Made by a program: the position numbers and the translations under genes
Notes under the pieces: generated by a model
The model's database searches: none
Told to the model about the DNA's origin: nothing
Seen by the model: the letters and a program-made list of their open reading frames with translations, nothing else
DNA from: Cetorhinus maximus
Taxonomy: Eukaryota
Assembly: GCF_964194155.1 (NCBI RefSeq)
Contig: NC_135913.1
Coordinates: 9,486,001 to 9,550,000 of the forward strand
Length of the DNA: 64,000 bases
Direction of reading: 5' to 3'
Shown here: one piece after another, positions 1-11,184 of the stretch
Numbering within the stretch: the first letter of the stretch is position 1
Layout of the letters: the number at the start of each line of letters is the position of its first letter

Positions 1-549
1 ACTACCACCTTCTATAGAACTGTGTTAATTAATTGGTTTAACTGCACTTTCTTGACATTTAGTGGAGTTTGAATTGATATATGATCGACATAGTTTGTTA
101 AGTTTTGCTCCACTGATTTAACATAAGAAGGGAGGAAAACAGCACACTGCTTTAATGATTTGAAGGATCAGGAACAAACGACCACAGATGAGAATACATA
201 AGAATTTTAGAACTAATAGAAGAAACAATCCCTTTGTTCAAAGAATTCAGGCTGTGGAATTCAAGAAGAAAGCCCTTATATCTCAGGTCTTCCGGCCAGC
301 TGTAATGTAGGGCGCATTGTTACTGCCCCTGAAGTTTTCTGATCCCCAAGGATTCAACCAATTTTCAGGCAGAACTTTTGATCACAGCCGAAGCTAAAAT
401 GGGTGAACCGGAACTGTCGAGGGCAAGTCTAATGAGTGGAAAAAAAGGTGGCGGAAGAGAGGGCATGAATCTAATTTTACTCCACAATCTGCCATATTCA
501 GTTATGTTTATACACGTGACAAGACTGTTAATGAATGAATGTGGATTGG

Positions 550-2000
550 TGACTGAATGGATGAGTGGATCAGTGGGTGACTGGCTGAGTGTGTGTGTAG
601 GTAGTCGGATGGAATGCATGCACGGGTCGGCTGAGCAGTCCGGGAGAGTGAGCAGCCGAGTCGGGAGTATAGACGAATCGACTGAGCAGTCGGGTTTGTT
701 GGGGAGTCAGGTCGGGGGAATAGTCGGGTCTTTTGGGCAGTTGGGTCTGATGGGCATTTGGGTCGGGTAAGCAGTTGGGTCGGGTTGACAGCAGAATCGG
801 CTGGGTAATTCGGTTAGGGTGGGAAGTGTTTGGCTGGATACTCGGGTCAGCTGGGTGTAGGGATGCACGGGTTAGGGATGTAGTCCGGTTGGTGGGGTAG
901 TTCGGTCGGCGGTATTTTCGTGTCAGGGGTATATTCGGGTCGGTTGTATACTCGGGTCGGCTGTACAGTTTGGGTAGGGTGGGCAGTATGCCGGGGTATA
1001 GTGCGGTCGGGCGAACAGTCCGGTCGGGTGAACGTTCAGGTCAGTGCTGCAGTCAAGCTTGGTGGATGGTCGCGTCCAGGTACCAAGAGGATAACCTAAT
1101 AGCTTCAACTGTTTGCTAAGCCTTAATACAGAAGATCATGAAACTGACACTAGCTTCAGTCTCATCCGTCCTTAACACATTCCACCAGTTCTCATTATTC
1201 CACTAATTTAAGCTGCACCTTCTCCTCTGAAAGAGCAGCAAACCCTTCGCAGCTCACAGGCCGTTTGACCCAAATCACAGAGAAGTGCAGAAAGGTAATG
1301 ACAACCTTGGTTCAGATTATCCTGTCCTCCCAGCTGGTGTCAAATCAGCATTTGGGAAGCAGTAACTCAGATGTCGTTTAGGGTTAGTAGTTGGGTCGGG
1401 GCTCGGTAGCCGGAACGTTGGGGATCTCAGGTCAGTTGGGCTATCGGTTAGTGGGTTGTCAAGTTGTGGTGAGTCGTCAGGCTGGGCGTGGGTTGTCGGG
1501 TCAGAGATGGGTAGGTAGTTGGCTAGGATAAACAATCAGGTCACGTGTGCAGTCAGGTCATGGAGGTTGGCAATCAGGTTGATTGGGCAATCAGCTCTCA
1601 TAAGTGTGTAATCAGTTTGGGTGAGCAGCCGGGTCACACAGGTGGGTAGTTGGGTTGGGTGGGCACTCCGATCCTGCGTACCTGGTTGCAACAGGTGAGC
1701 CATTGAGCCGGGTGTGTGGTCAGGTTGCGAAGTAGTTGGGCAAGAGCATGTCATCCTGTGGCAGGTAGTCAGCTCGGGAAAGGGCAATCAGGTCGCGAGG
1801 CAAGGGTGTCTTAGTTGGGTGAGGAATAGTCGAGTTGGTAGTGGTAATTGGGTCGGAGAGAGAGTAGTAATGTTGGGTGGGCCATTGCTTCGGTGAGCAG
1901 TCCGAATGTATAGGCTGTCAGGGCTGGGGAAAGTATTCAGCTTTGGGCGGGTGATACTGAGTTGGGGTGTTGGATGTGTTGCGCAGTTCAGATATGCTGG
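550..2000. repeat. G/T-rich strand-biased low-complexity region (GGTCGGG/GGTTGGG/CAGTCGGG words), possibly interior of a DNA transposon
   Basis: Dense degenerate GGTCGG/GGGTAG words on + strand; overlapping ORFs are low-complexity G/S/V or P/T/D-rich. Confidence 0.6.
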
Positions 2001-2581
2001 TTAATCTCTCAGTTAAACCAAAGTCTTAATCAGCCTAACACTTGCATCGTAAATATGCCGGCAAGTCTGTATATCTGACCCCCAATCCTCTTGCACTGAG
2101 CTCAGTGTGGGAGACATTAACAGCGGGCCCAGGGCAGTGCAAATCAGCCAATCAGGAATTTAAACTTCCGAAGCTATTTCAGCACCTGTGCAGGTGACAG
2201 GACGCCCGCAGTGTTTGAGATGCGCACCGCGAACTTTAATTCACTCTTATGCGCATTGGAAGTGTTAGGACCGTCGCTGTTCATTGAACTGGCGCTTCTC
2301 ATTGAAGTACCTGCCTTGCAAGGGTGATAGTGGCAACACAGAGAGGTTTTACTCCACTGCTGAAGCTGGATAATGACGTAACCTGTGTGGCAAGATATAT
2401 AGAAAAAAATATAATAATCCCCGTGGAAAATCAGCAGACACTAAACAAATGAAACAAATTGGAACAATGATTTCTGATTCCTTTTAAATAAAAATACATT
2501 GTCACTGCAGCAGAAAGGCCTCCATTCAAAACCGAAACGTTGGCTACAATTTAACTATAATTAGAACGGGGAGAGTTGGTT

Positions 2582-3486
2582 TCATTTTGCATTTTTTATC
2601 AGTATCAAAATTAGTGTCCAAGGAAATGTCGCTATCTTTTTCAGCTCTTCCCTGAATTTAGTTTGTGTAGCCGCATAAATTACCGTGTTTGTGCACGAAC
2701 TCAAATACATGAGCATTTGTCCGGTTTGATTGGCGATGTATGCAGGAGCTGTATAATCCGGGCGTACATGAATGACCACACCACCGACTAAGGAACAAAC
2801 GACGGCTGTCAACCATAACAGTATAAAACTAACAGATACAGTGAACAGTAAAATCATCGATTTCCTTCGGTTCTGTATTTCCGGATCACTCTGATTCTCG
2901 CTGCTTTGTCCGCGGAGCTCCTTACGGGCTCGACTAGCTACTAAAATCCGTCTGACTGTCAAACAGTTAAACAGTAATATCAAAGAGAAAGGAATCCAAT
3001 TCAATAAAATACTTTGTAGCCAAGTAAATACGGCACCAAAAGGAGATGTATAAAATTCCAGGCTGGGTTGGAAACTCCATTGTACATTGTTAACTGTTCG
3101 CTTAGGTTCAAATGCAAACCAATATGGTATGTTGTCTAAAAACGAGAGGGCACAGATTGCTGTTTGAACTGTAACCGCAGTTCTCACTGTGCAATATCTT
3201 GTCTTAAACTTGTAAATACATATGGAGACAAACCGGTCAAATGTGAAGGAGACGGTAAACCACACAGATAAATGAAAGTAGGTGTTAATTGTGTACATTA
3301 TGAACTTGCAAATGGGTGTATAGGACATGAATATTTGTGGAAAATGCGTACCCAGGATTTTATGCACGAGAACATTGTTGAGCATGACCAGTAGATCAGC
3401 TGTTGCCATGGACACCATATAGAAAGAAATGCATTTTGAAAGGCCGCAGTTTCCTCTGGAGAGAATCACGATTGTCATCAGGTTCG
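2582..3486 (-). CDS. GPR139-like class A orphan GPCR, exon 2 (TM1 end to C-terminus)
   Basis: Seven hydrophobic segments with ANLMTIVILSR, MATADLLV, FTFDRFVSIC, LILLFNCLT, SSCTNTVIY; acceptor ctcccttcttgccacAG at 3488-3487, phase 1; stop TGA 2584-2582. Confidence 0.93.
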
Positions 3487-3929
3487 CTGTGGCAAGAAGG
3501 GAGAGTAAGTAGGTAACATCGACACTCAGATACATTCCACAGAACATTATAAGAAATGTTACTGTGCCTTTCTACTCAGCGTTATATCCATGTATTTGTT
3601 TTATAATATTGGCCTGTGTTTTTGAAATTCCTGAATAAATAAACGAACATGCACTCTATTGTGATAAAATAGTTTCCAAGGCACTATGCTTGCGACTGCC
3701 CCGAGGGGAAACAGAGACCAGAACCATGTTTCTGGCGGTGGTGCATCCTAAGTGGACACCAGACTTCTGAGAAATGAGCCTGTGCATGTAATTGTTAAGG
3801 GAACGGAAACTGATTGCGAAGTACAATCAGACTTGGAGATGGGATTTATGTATTCAATTCCTTTTCAGCAGAACATGGCCACGTCCAGGGGCTCTTGCTA
3901 AAGTTGTTTGTCTAAAACCCGTGAAAAGC

Positions 3930-4260
3930 TATGAGCCACCTAGGCGCGCTGCAGAGTGTTTTTTTTTTACCAAGAGCTGATCAGAGTGTGTACTATAGTG
4001 TAATGGGATGATAGGTGAGAGTGCCTGTGTGAATCCTCAGCCATCAGGACTGTTGTGACCCGAGTGAAATATGCTCCACTGAATTAGGCCTTGCGGATGA
4101 TAATCATATCCGTGGAGCTGGGATGGAATCATATGGCTGTTGGAGGCCATTTGAGAATCAGACCCGGCGTGAAGAAGGGCAGTTGAGCACTGCTGGAGCA
4201 GGATGGAGTTGTGAGAGACATTCGGACTGAACACAGTGGCAAATATGTGTTTCGAGCTAG
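3930..4260 (-). mobile_element. Possible highly decayed PIF/Harbinger transposase fragment in GPCR 1 intron
   Basis: SHNSILLQQ resembles the SHDSFILRQS DDE motif; downstream words resemble LMTP and LQYTP; weak. Confidence 0.25.
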
Positions 4261-5472
4261 CTGAGAAATTCGTGAGACGTATCATTGTTGTTTCAGCTAC
4301 TTCAACTAGAATTAAAACTTTCTACTGAATACAATTAACATTTAATTACATATTTTTTGACTGTTTTGTTTATTTACAATAAATGTTTTAAAAAGTAACA
4401 TCTTGGCCATTGTTTTCTTCCATCGGTCTCCTTGGGGAAGTTCGGTTTTTTCAGGTAATTGATCCTCAAGTGGAGACGGTAACACTATGTCTAGGGACTA
4501 GGCTTCTGCCGTCCTCTCGGTGAATTTCAGTCTGAAGTTTTCATGGTGCTGAAATAAATGTCACTCGAATTCAGTCTGAAAACTTCAGTCTTGGAGAGTA
4601 TCTCCCAAACTCCTCCTACGACAACCACCTTTGGGCTTCGATGCCTCAACGGGCTAATGGTGATTTAGGACAATAGTGTAAAACTGGCTAATTCGGATCA
4701 GCCGTCCGTCATATATAATCCTCTCTTCCCTTTAAACGACCTTCGCCCCTGGCACTGGAATGAGGCTCAATGGAACTGTACAGTGCAAGTCTACCCGTGA
4801 GTGCCTCGCGGAGTCAACCCAGTTACCAATATGATTTTCATAAATGGAAAATGGATATTTCTTTAACTTGTTGAATTTCAACAGCCAAATAATAAACGGA
4901 TTTCCTTACATGCAAACTTCCTGCCATCAGCCCGTTACTGTGTGAAACACTGAGTGAATTTGATAAATTGCCACTGAGGATCCATGTTACACAATATAGA
5001 ATTTTACAGTCTGCTCCGTCTGCTAATTTGGAGAGGGGGATTCTGGGGGAGGATATCAGATGCCAGCGGTGTTCAATATAATTTCCAGGCCATTACAGGA
5101 AGCAATAAATTCAAATAAAATATTCTTCTGAAGAAAAAAACTATCCAAAGTAATTCAAAACGGTGCCCTTTTCCTATCCATACTCGGTCTGCAGGACCCC
5201 CTCAGGAACTGAATTGGAACCGGCATATCGCCAAAGATTCTTTCCAATGGAGGAATGAGGAGCAGCTTCCTGTTTATCAAAATATCTTCCCGTCCCCATC
5301 TGGGTGGAGGACGCTGCAGTTCTTGGAATCAGTACTGTAATTTAGACAATGGGCCACATTACCTATCAGATGGTCAGCTTAGCATTAACACATGCAGTGA
5401 GACATTCCCGCAATCAGCCACATAATCACTAGCAGTGAAATACTCAAAAGCATTTAGACAACACTGACTTAC

Positions 5473-5542
5473 CGGGAATACCAAAGGCTGCGAGAATTGG
5501 GTAGTAAATATCCGTCACTTGTAGAATCGTTGGCTGGATCAT
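5473..5542 (-). CDS. GPR139-like GPCR, coding exon 1 (MIQPTILQVTDIYYPILAAFGIP)
   Basis: ATG at 5542, IYYP..AAFG.P motif, donor G|GTAAGT at 5472; 70 nt joins exon 2 in frame giving 324 aa. Confidence 0.9.
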
Positions 5543-5611
5543 GTTTTCTTTTGGAAGGATGCGAGAGCTCACTCAGTTTTCTGATTGTGTTGAGATTCCA
5601 TAAATGTTTCC

Positions 5612-5675
5612 CACTTTATAGGTCAATTTGTCTCCCCGTGGGGAAATCATCTTACACAATAATTCGGGTTAGTTA
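5612..5675 (-). promoter_or_regulatory. Probable core promoter of GPCR 1 with TATAAA box
   Basis: TATAAAG at 5620-5614 about 75 nt upstream of the ATG; block is conserved upstream of the paralogue (42130-42195). Confidence 0.55.
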
Positions 5676-6219
5676 TCGTCACTTCACAAACAAGGGGATA
5701 ATTTAACTGTTCAGAGACGCCAGTCCTCCAATGGGGAAATTTATCAGTTCAGTTCCAGAAACTTCGCCAATTAAAATTAATGATCGCAAAGTAACCAAAG
5801 AGGGAATGTATTCTGCACATGGCCCCTTGAATGTTGAAAGGAACATCCCTCCTGGAGAATGTTGGATTCTATGAGCTTCATATTATTCCGCTGCGATATT
5901 AACTGAGACATTGCAGAATGTGAAGGTCTTATGGACTGTAATTACGTAACTTAAACTTGCTGTCTTCTGTGACGACACCACGTGATGACCCGGCGTTATT
6001 AATTCTGGCGATAATATTGCTCTAAAATTAATTATACTAGACATATCCGTATATTTATGCATTTGCTGTCAGGCAATTGTACTGGTCGCTATCTACTATA
6101 ACATAAATAGTGGGAAACATGTTCGAAAACTATCCGTGCTGCTTATAATCTATGATTATTAATAAAAACTCCACTCAATCGGAGGGATCCCCTGCTCCAA
6201 CATTATGTGTTATGAAATA

Positions 6220-6360
6220 CAAAGAGAAAACGCTGGGAATACTCAGCAGATCTTTTAGCATCAGTGGACGGTGAATCAGACTTAATGTTTCAGGTAATAT
6301 TCAGCATTGATCTTTTTTTAATTTAAGTTTTCCAGCATCGCAGTATTTTGTTTTCGGATT
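6220..6360. mobile_element. Penelope-derived short repeat (GCTGGAAATACTCAGCAGG-type)
   Basis: Matches other copies in the window (7985, 14965, 34120, 49385, 62290); self-complementary ends. Confidence 0.6.
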
Positions 6361-7979
6361 ATTGATTTTGGTCCTATTCCAGAATTTTCACGATGACTCT
6401 ATTCTAGTTCTCATAATGGCGACATTGGCTTCACATCACTTGTGGTAAGACAACTGGCGTGTTACAGGTCAGGCTGCTACTCAACTTTTACTCGTGATAT
6501 CCTTTCAGAAACATTATTGTTGGTGAGTTCACCGTAATGTTACTGACGGTGAATTTAACTTCACTGAGGAAGCCCCTACTCGAACATTAATAGTTGTGTC
6601 CATGTAGAGAATCATCCTACGATTTCTTGCTTTAACCCTACTCTAACGTTACTGCTGGGGCCTGTATTCTAAGTTATTGGTGATGACATGACTCAAACAT
6701 TGCTGCACGTAATCCAGCGCCACGAAGCTTTTTTCCTTGTTAAGTTTGATTACTTCCGAAATCAGGTCGCCTGATTATAAGGTAATGTTCTGCATTGCCG
6801 GAGTTACTACAGTTATATTTTAATCAGTACTCCGGATAAAATGGGAAAGACTCTCTTATTGGAAGGTGATGCTGCTTGCAATCCTCTATTTCACATTAGG
6901 AGAATATTTAATGATTTGCTTAAGTATAATGACACTCTTGGCCATAAGTAAATGAGGAATAATGAAAATTCAGATACATTGAGGTTTTAACTGGGCTTGA
7001 AGAATGAAAGTTTGACATGGCATGTCACTGAAAAATTGCTGATAGATCAGGGAAAACTAATAATCGTTCAAATTGAATGCAGGGGGTACCATATTATCCT
7101 TGAATCTGCACAGTTGATATTGACGTTTACACCTTATAACTAAACACAAAGCGGAGTCATAAAATGAAACGGTGCGTCAACCTTCTGGAGAATATTACTG
7201 CTTCCAATTGGCGAGACATCGATTGTGAATCACACCAGTCAACAGCGAAAAAAACCGTAACAATTCACTTAACTCCAATTTACTTACGAACGACAATATT
7301 CGCTTTCAAGAGGGGAGCTAAATGTAAGTATTAAACTGAGTGCCGATGCAAGAGTTGCACCAATCTGCCAAATGCAATCAACCTTATCGAAGGTATAGTG
7401 GATTGGGAGCAGAAAATTTCGACATCTTTCTCAATCATGCGCAATCACTTAAAATGGGTTAAGTTTGTTGTGAAGCATTCATTTATGCCATTTGACAGAG
7501 GTTAATTCAAGGACTCTCTTTATCTTGCAACCAGGTGAAATGACTCAATGTGTTTAAGAAGTCAGCGGTCACTAATTGTTTCATTTAAATTCTGTTTCTT
7601 CATTTCACCTGCAATAAATAAAAGCCATTGTGAGTGGCCACTGCAGTCCGAATTGAAATTGCGTTCGCAGTAGTTATTACTGTTTTTACAGCATCTTAGG
7701 CGACGCTTTTGTCAGTTTCTGTGTCAGTATCATTTTCATTGTCAACTCTTCAGTGACGCATGGAACTCGTAAACAGATACCCCGTCTTACACAATTATCA
7801 TTGCCCACAAAAGAGACCACAGCAACGAAAGAAAACTGATATTTTGCTCCTCTCAGGGTTTGTTTTGTAAACCAATCAAGAAATGAGAATGGGATGGGGT
7901 TTTGGAGAATATGTCATCCCAAAGAAACTTGCTGGGAAATGTTGATCGCAGCTGTCCTTACAGGTAATGAATATAGAAC

Positions 7980-8075
7980 CAGAGAATGCTGGAAATACGC
8001 GACAGGTCTGGCAACTTATGTGAACAGAGAGAAAGAGTTAACGTTTTCAGGTCGATGACTTTTTGTCACAACTTG
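7980..8075 (-). mobile_element. Penelope-derived short repeat with decayed hammerhead motif
   Basis: aatgctggaaatac...gagttaacgttttcaggtcgatgac. Confidence 0.6.
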
Positions 8076-8439
8076 AATATTTATATTGTGGGTAATATGC
8101 CGCCAGTCTGATTGTCTACACATCAGCCTCCAGAATCACTTAATTGTCGCGAACAGGTGTCACAGTTTTTATGGGCCGGGCGGTAGGAGCGGTTTTGGGG
8201 TGGAGAACTTCTAGTCATGACGTAAGTTGTATGGAGCTATAAAATAAATTATTCCCTCTTGGCTAGGTATAAATAATCTGAAGCAAATGTTGTGGCTGCA
8301 CTTTATATATAGAATGTTTGCTTGATCCTCCGAGTGCGGCTGTCTTCCATTGTCCTGATTATTATTTGTGATGGAATAAGGATTTCTTTTACGAGGTATT
8401 GAGTAGATTTTGTGGCAGAGCATTACAAATAGTTTAACC

Positions 8440-9350
8440 ATAGAATCATGGAATGTTTACAAATCAGAAAGAGGCCATTTAGCACCTTGTCTCTGTGTCA
8501 GTTATCTGCAATAACAACTTAGCCAGTCCTACACCTCCGCCTTTTCCATGAGCCCTGAAAATATTGTCTTTTCAGATAATTATCCAGTTCCCTTTTGATA
8601 ACTGCAAATGCATCTGACTCCATGACACACTCAGCCATTGGCTTCCTGACCCAAACCTTTGGTTGGTTAAAGAATTTGTTCCTCATGTCGCCTCTGGTTA
8701 TTTGTTAATCACTTTACGGTTGTCCACCTCCTGCCAATGGGAACATTTTCTCCCCATTTGCAATAAACAGGCCCCTCATGATTCTGTGCACAACTAACCA
8801 ATCTCCTCTCAACCTTGTCTTCTCCAAGAAGAACAGCCCCGGATTCATCAATCTATCAACATAACTGAATCCTCCCATCCTCGGAATCATTCTTTTCAAT
8901 CATTTCTGAACCTTTCCTAAACCGTCGTTTAAACTGAACCAGTATGTTGTGATAGTTGATAACTTAGTTTCTTTTGTTCTCTATGCCCTGATTTATCAAA
9001 ACCAGGATTCCGGACCAAGGACTGCGTTCAAAAGATGCCCTGCTACCTTCAATGATTTATGCGCATATACACACAGGTCCTTCAGCTGCTGCTTCCAATT
9101 AGAATAATACCCTTCAATTGATGCCACCTTCTCTCATTCACCTGACAAAAATGTATCACTTCACAATTGTTCTCATTGCTTTTCACCTGTCTCATGTCTT
9201 CTCATTCCAGCAGTCTATTTACATCATTTTGAATTATGTCATTATAATCTTCATAGTTCACAAATCTTCCAATTCCTGAACCATCCTCAAATTTTGACAT
9301 TGTGTCCTGCACACCCAGATGTAGGTTATTAATATCAAAAATGAAAAGCA
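8440..9350 (-). mobile_element. CR1 LINE 3' fragment
   Basis: LFFLEKTRLRGDW, LFIFDINNL..SKFED (RT) and CATAGAAT tail. Confidence 0.85.
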
Positions 9351-9839
9351 GTGCTCCCGCTGCATACCACCCACCATCGCATCCTACACCCAACTCCTCC
9401 CCCCTCCCCAGTCAGAAGTAAATAAACGTTTATATAATTCATGCTTTGATAGTCTTGAATTAAATTATTAATCTGTGGCACAATGAAATATTATCTGTGC
9501 TAAAGGCTAATGATCCACAACACCATATGTTTCGAAAAAAATGCATCTGGAAACTAATAGTGTTCACTGAAAACCATAGTTTCACTCAGATTTGGGGACT
9601 TAAATTATTAATAAAGAAGGAAATAACGTAAGAGTTGATTTCGAAATGAAATGACCAACTCGTTTCCTTCGAGCTCCTGCACTTCAAAAAACCCCCTCCT
9701 CACCATTGGATTTGCATCAGCCATAGTGCTATGAATAACTACATCAAATCGCATTTTTATCAAAAATCTAAAATAGTAGACTCAGCCACAAACTCCGCTT
9801 TCATTCATGTTCTACTACAGGACTTGACCAAGAAATATT

Positions 9840-11030
9840 TTTATTTTTTTAAGCATTGCGGGCTTCACTTTCTAGTCAACAATTATTGTCCATCCGTAAT
9901 TGTATTTGAGAAGGTGATGGCGAGTTGCCTTCATGATCCACCTCAGTCCCTGGGGTGTAGGTGCACCAACAGCGCTGTTAGGAAGGGAGTTCCAGGATTT
10001 TGAATCAGTGACAGTGAAGGAAAGACAATATATTTCCAAGTCAGGATGGTGAGTGGTTTTGAGGGGAATATACAGCTGGTGGTGTTCTCATGTTTCTGCT
10101 GCACATGTCTTCCTAGATGGCAGTGGCCGTTTGTTTCGAAGGTGCTGGCTAAGGAACCTTAGTGGATTTTCTGCTGTACATCTTGTCTATGGCACACACT
10201 GCTGCTACTGTGCGTCGATGGTGCAGGGAGTGAATGTTTGTGGATGGGGTTCCAGTCAAGCGGGCTACTTTGTCTTGGATGGTGCCAATCTTCTTGAGTG
10301 CTTTTGGAGCTGCACTGATCCAGGAAAGCGGAGAGTATTGCATCACACCACTTTATTAAGCCTTGTAGGTGACGGACAGGTTTTGGCGAGAAAGTGAGGT
10401 GAATTGCTCGCCACAGGATTTCTAGCCTCTGTATCTGTTCTGTTGGCCAATGTAATAATCCAGTCGTGCACTTCAGTTCCTGTTCAATAGTAATCCCCAG
10501 GCCGTTGATCGAGGGAAATTCATTATAGTTATGTCATTTAATCCGATGGGGAATCGTCAAATTCTCTCTTGCCGAATATGGTCATTGCCTTGCTTTTATG
10601 TGGCGCGAATGTTAATTCCCACTTGTCAGTCCAAGCCTGGATATTGTCCAGATCTTGCTGCATTTGGATGTGGACGGATTCAGGGGTCGTGGATAGTGCT
10701 GGAAATTGTGCAATCATCAGCGAATATCCCCAGTCCTGATGTTCTGCTGGAAGGAAAGCCATTGATGAAGCAGCTGAATTTAATTGGTCCGACAAAGCTA
10801 CCCTGAAGAATTCCTGTGGTGATGCCCTGGAACTGAGATGATTGACCACCAACAACCATAACCATCTTCTTTTGTGGGAGGTATGACCCCAAGCAGCAAA
10901 CAGATGTCCCCCTGTTTCACACTTACTCCAAATTATCTAGGGCTCCATGAGGCCACACTCGGTCAAATGCTGCCTTGTTATGAAGGGCAGTCACTCCCAA
11001 CTCACCCAATGAACATCAGCGGAGACAAAC
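9840..11030 (-). mobile_element. CR1/L2-clade LINE, RT C-terminus and 3' UTR
   Basis: QGSFVGP, GIFADDCT, QQDLDNIQAWTDKW, HSLHHRRTVAAVC. Confidence 0.88.
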
Positions 11031-11184
11031 AAAGCGAACAGTTCAGGATGGTGCCTTATCATCAGAACTGTACAAAGCTCCGAATGAGTTTTCATCCTTT
11101 CAAAGGGATGGTGTCATACTTTCCCTCAACAAATACCATATGAACTCCTTCACGCACTAGCTAAATCAACCTCTGTGCCATTGT

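Noticed and set aside
378-1896. Short G/S/V- or P/T-rich ORFs
   Set aside because: Products of low-complexity G-rich DNA; no domain or splice support
3487-3547. N-terminal 21 aa of the predicted 321-aa GPCR ORF
   Set aside because: Intron sequence (polypyrimidine tract and AG); the real exon 1 is at 5542-5473
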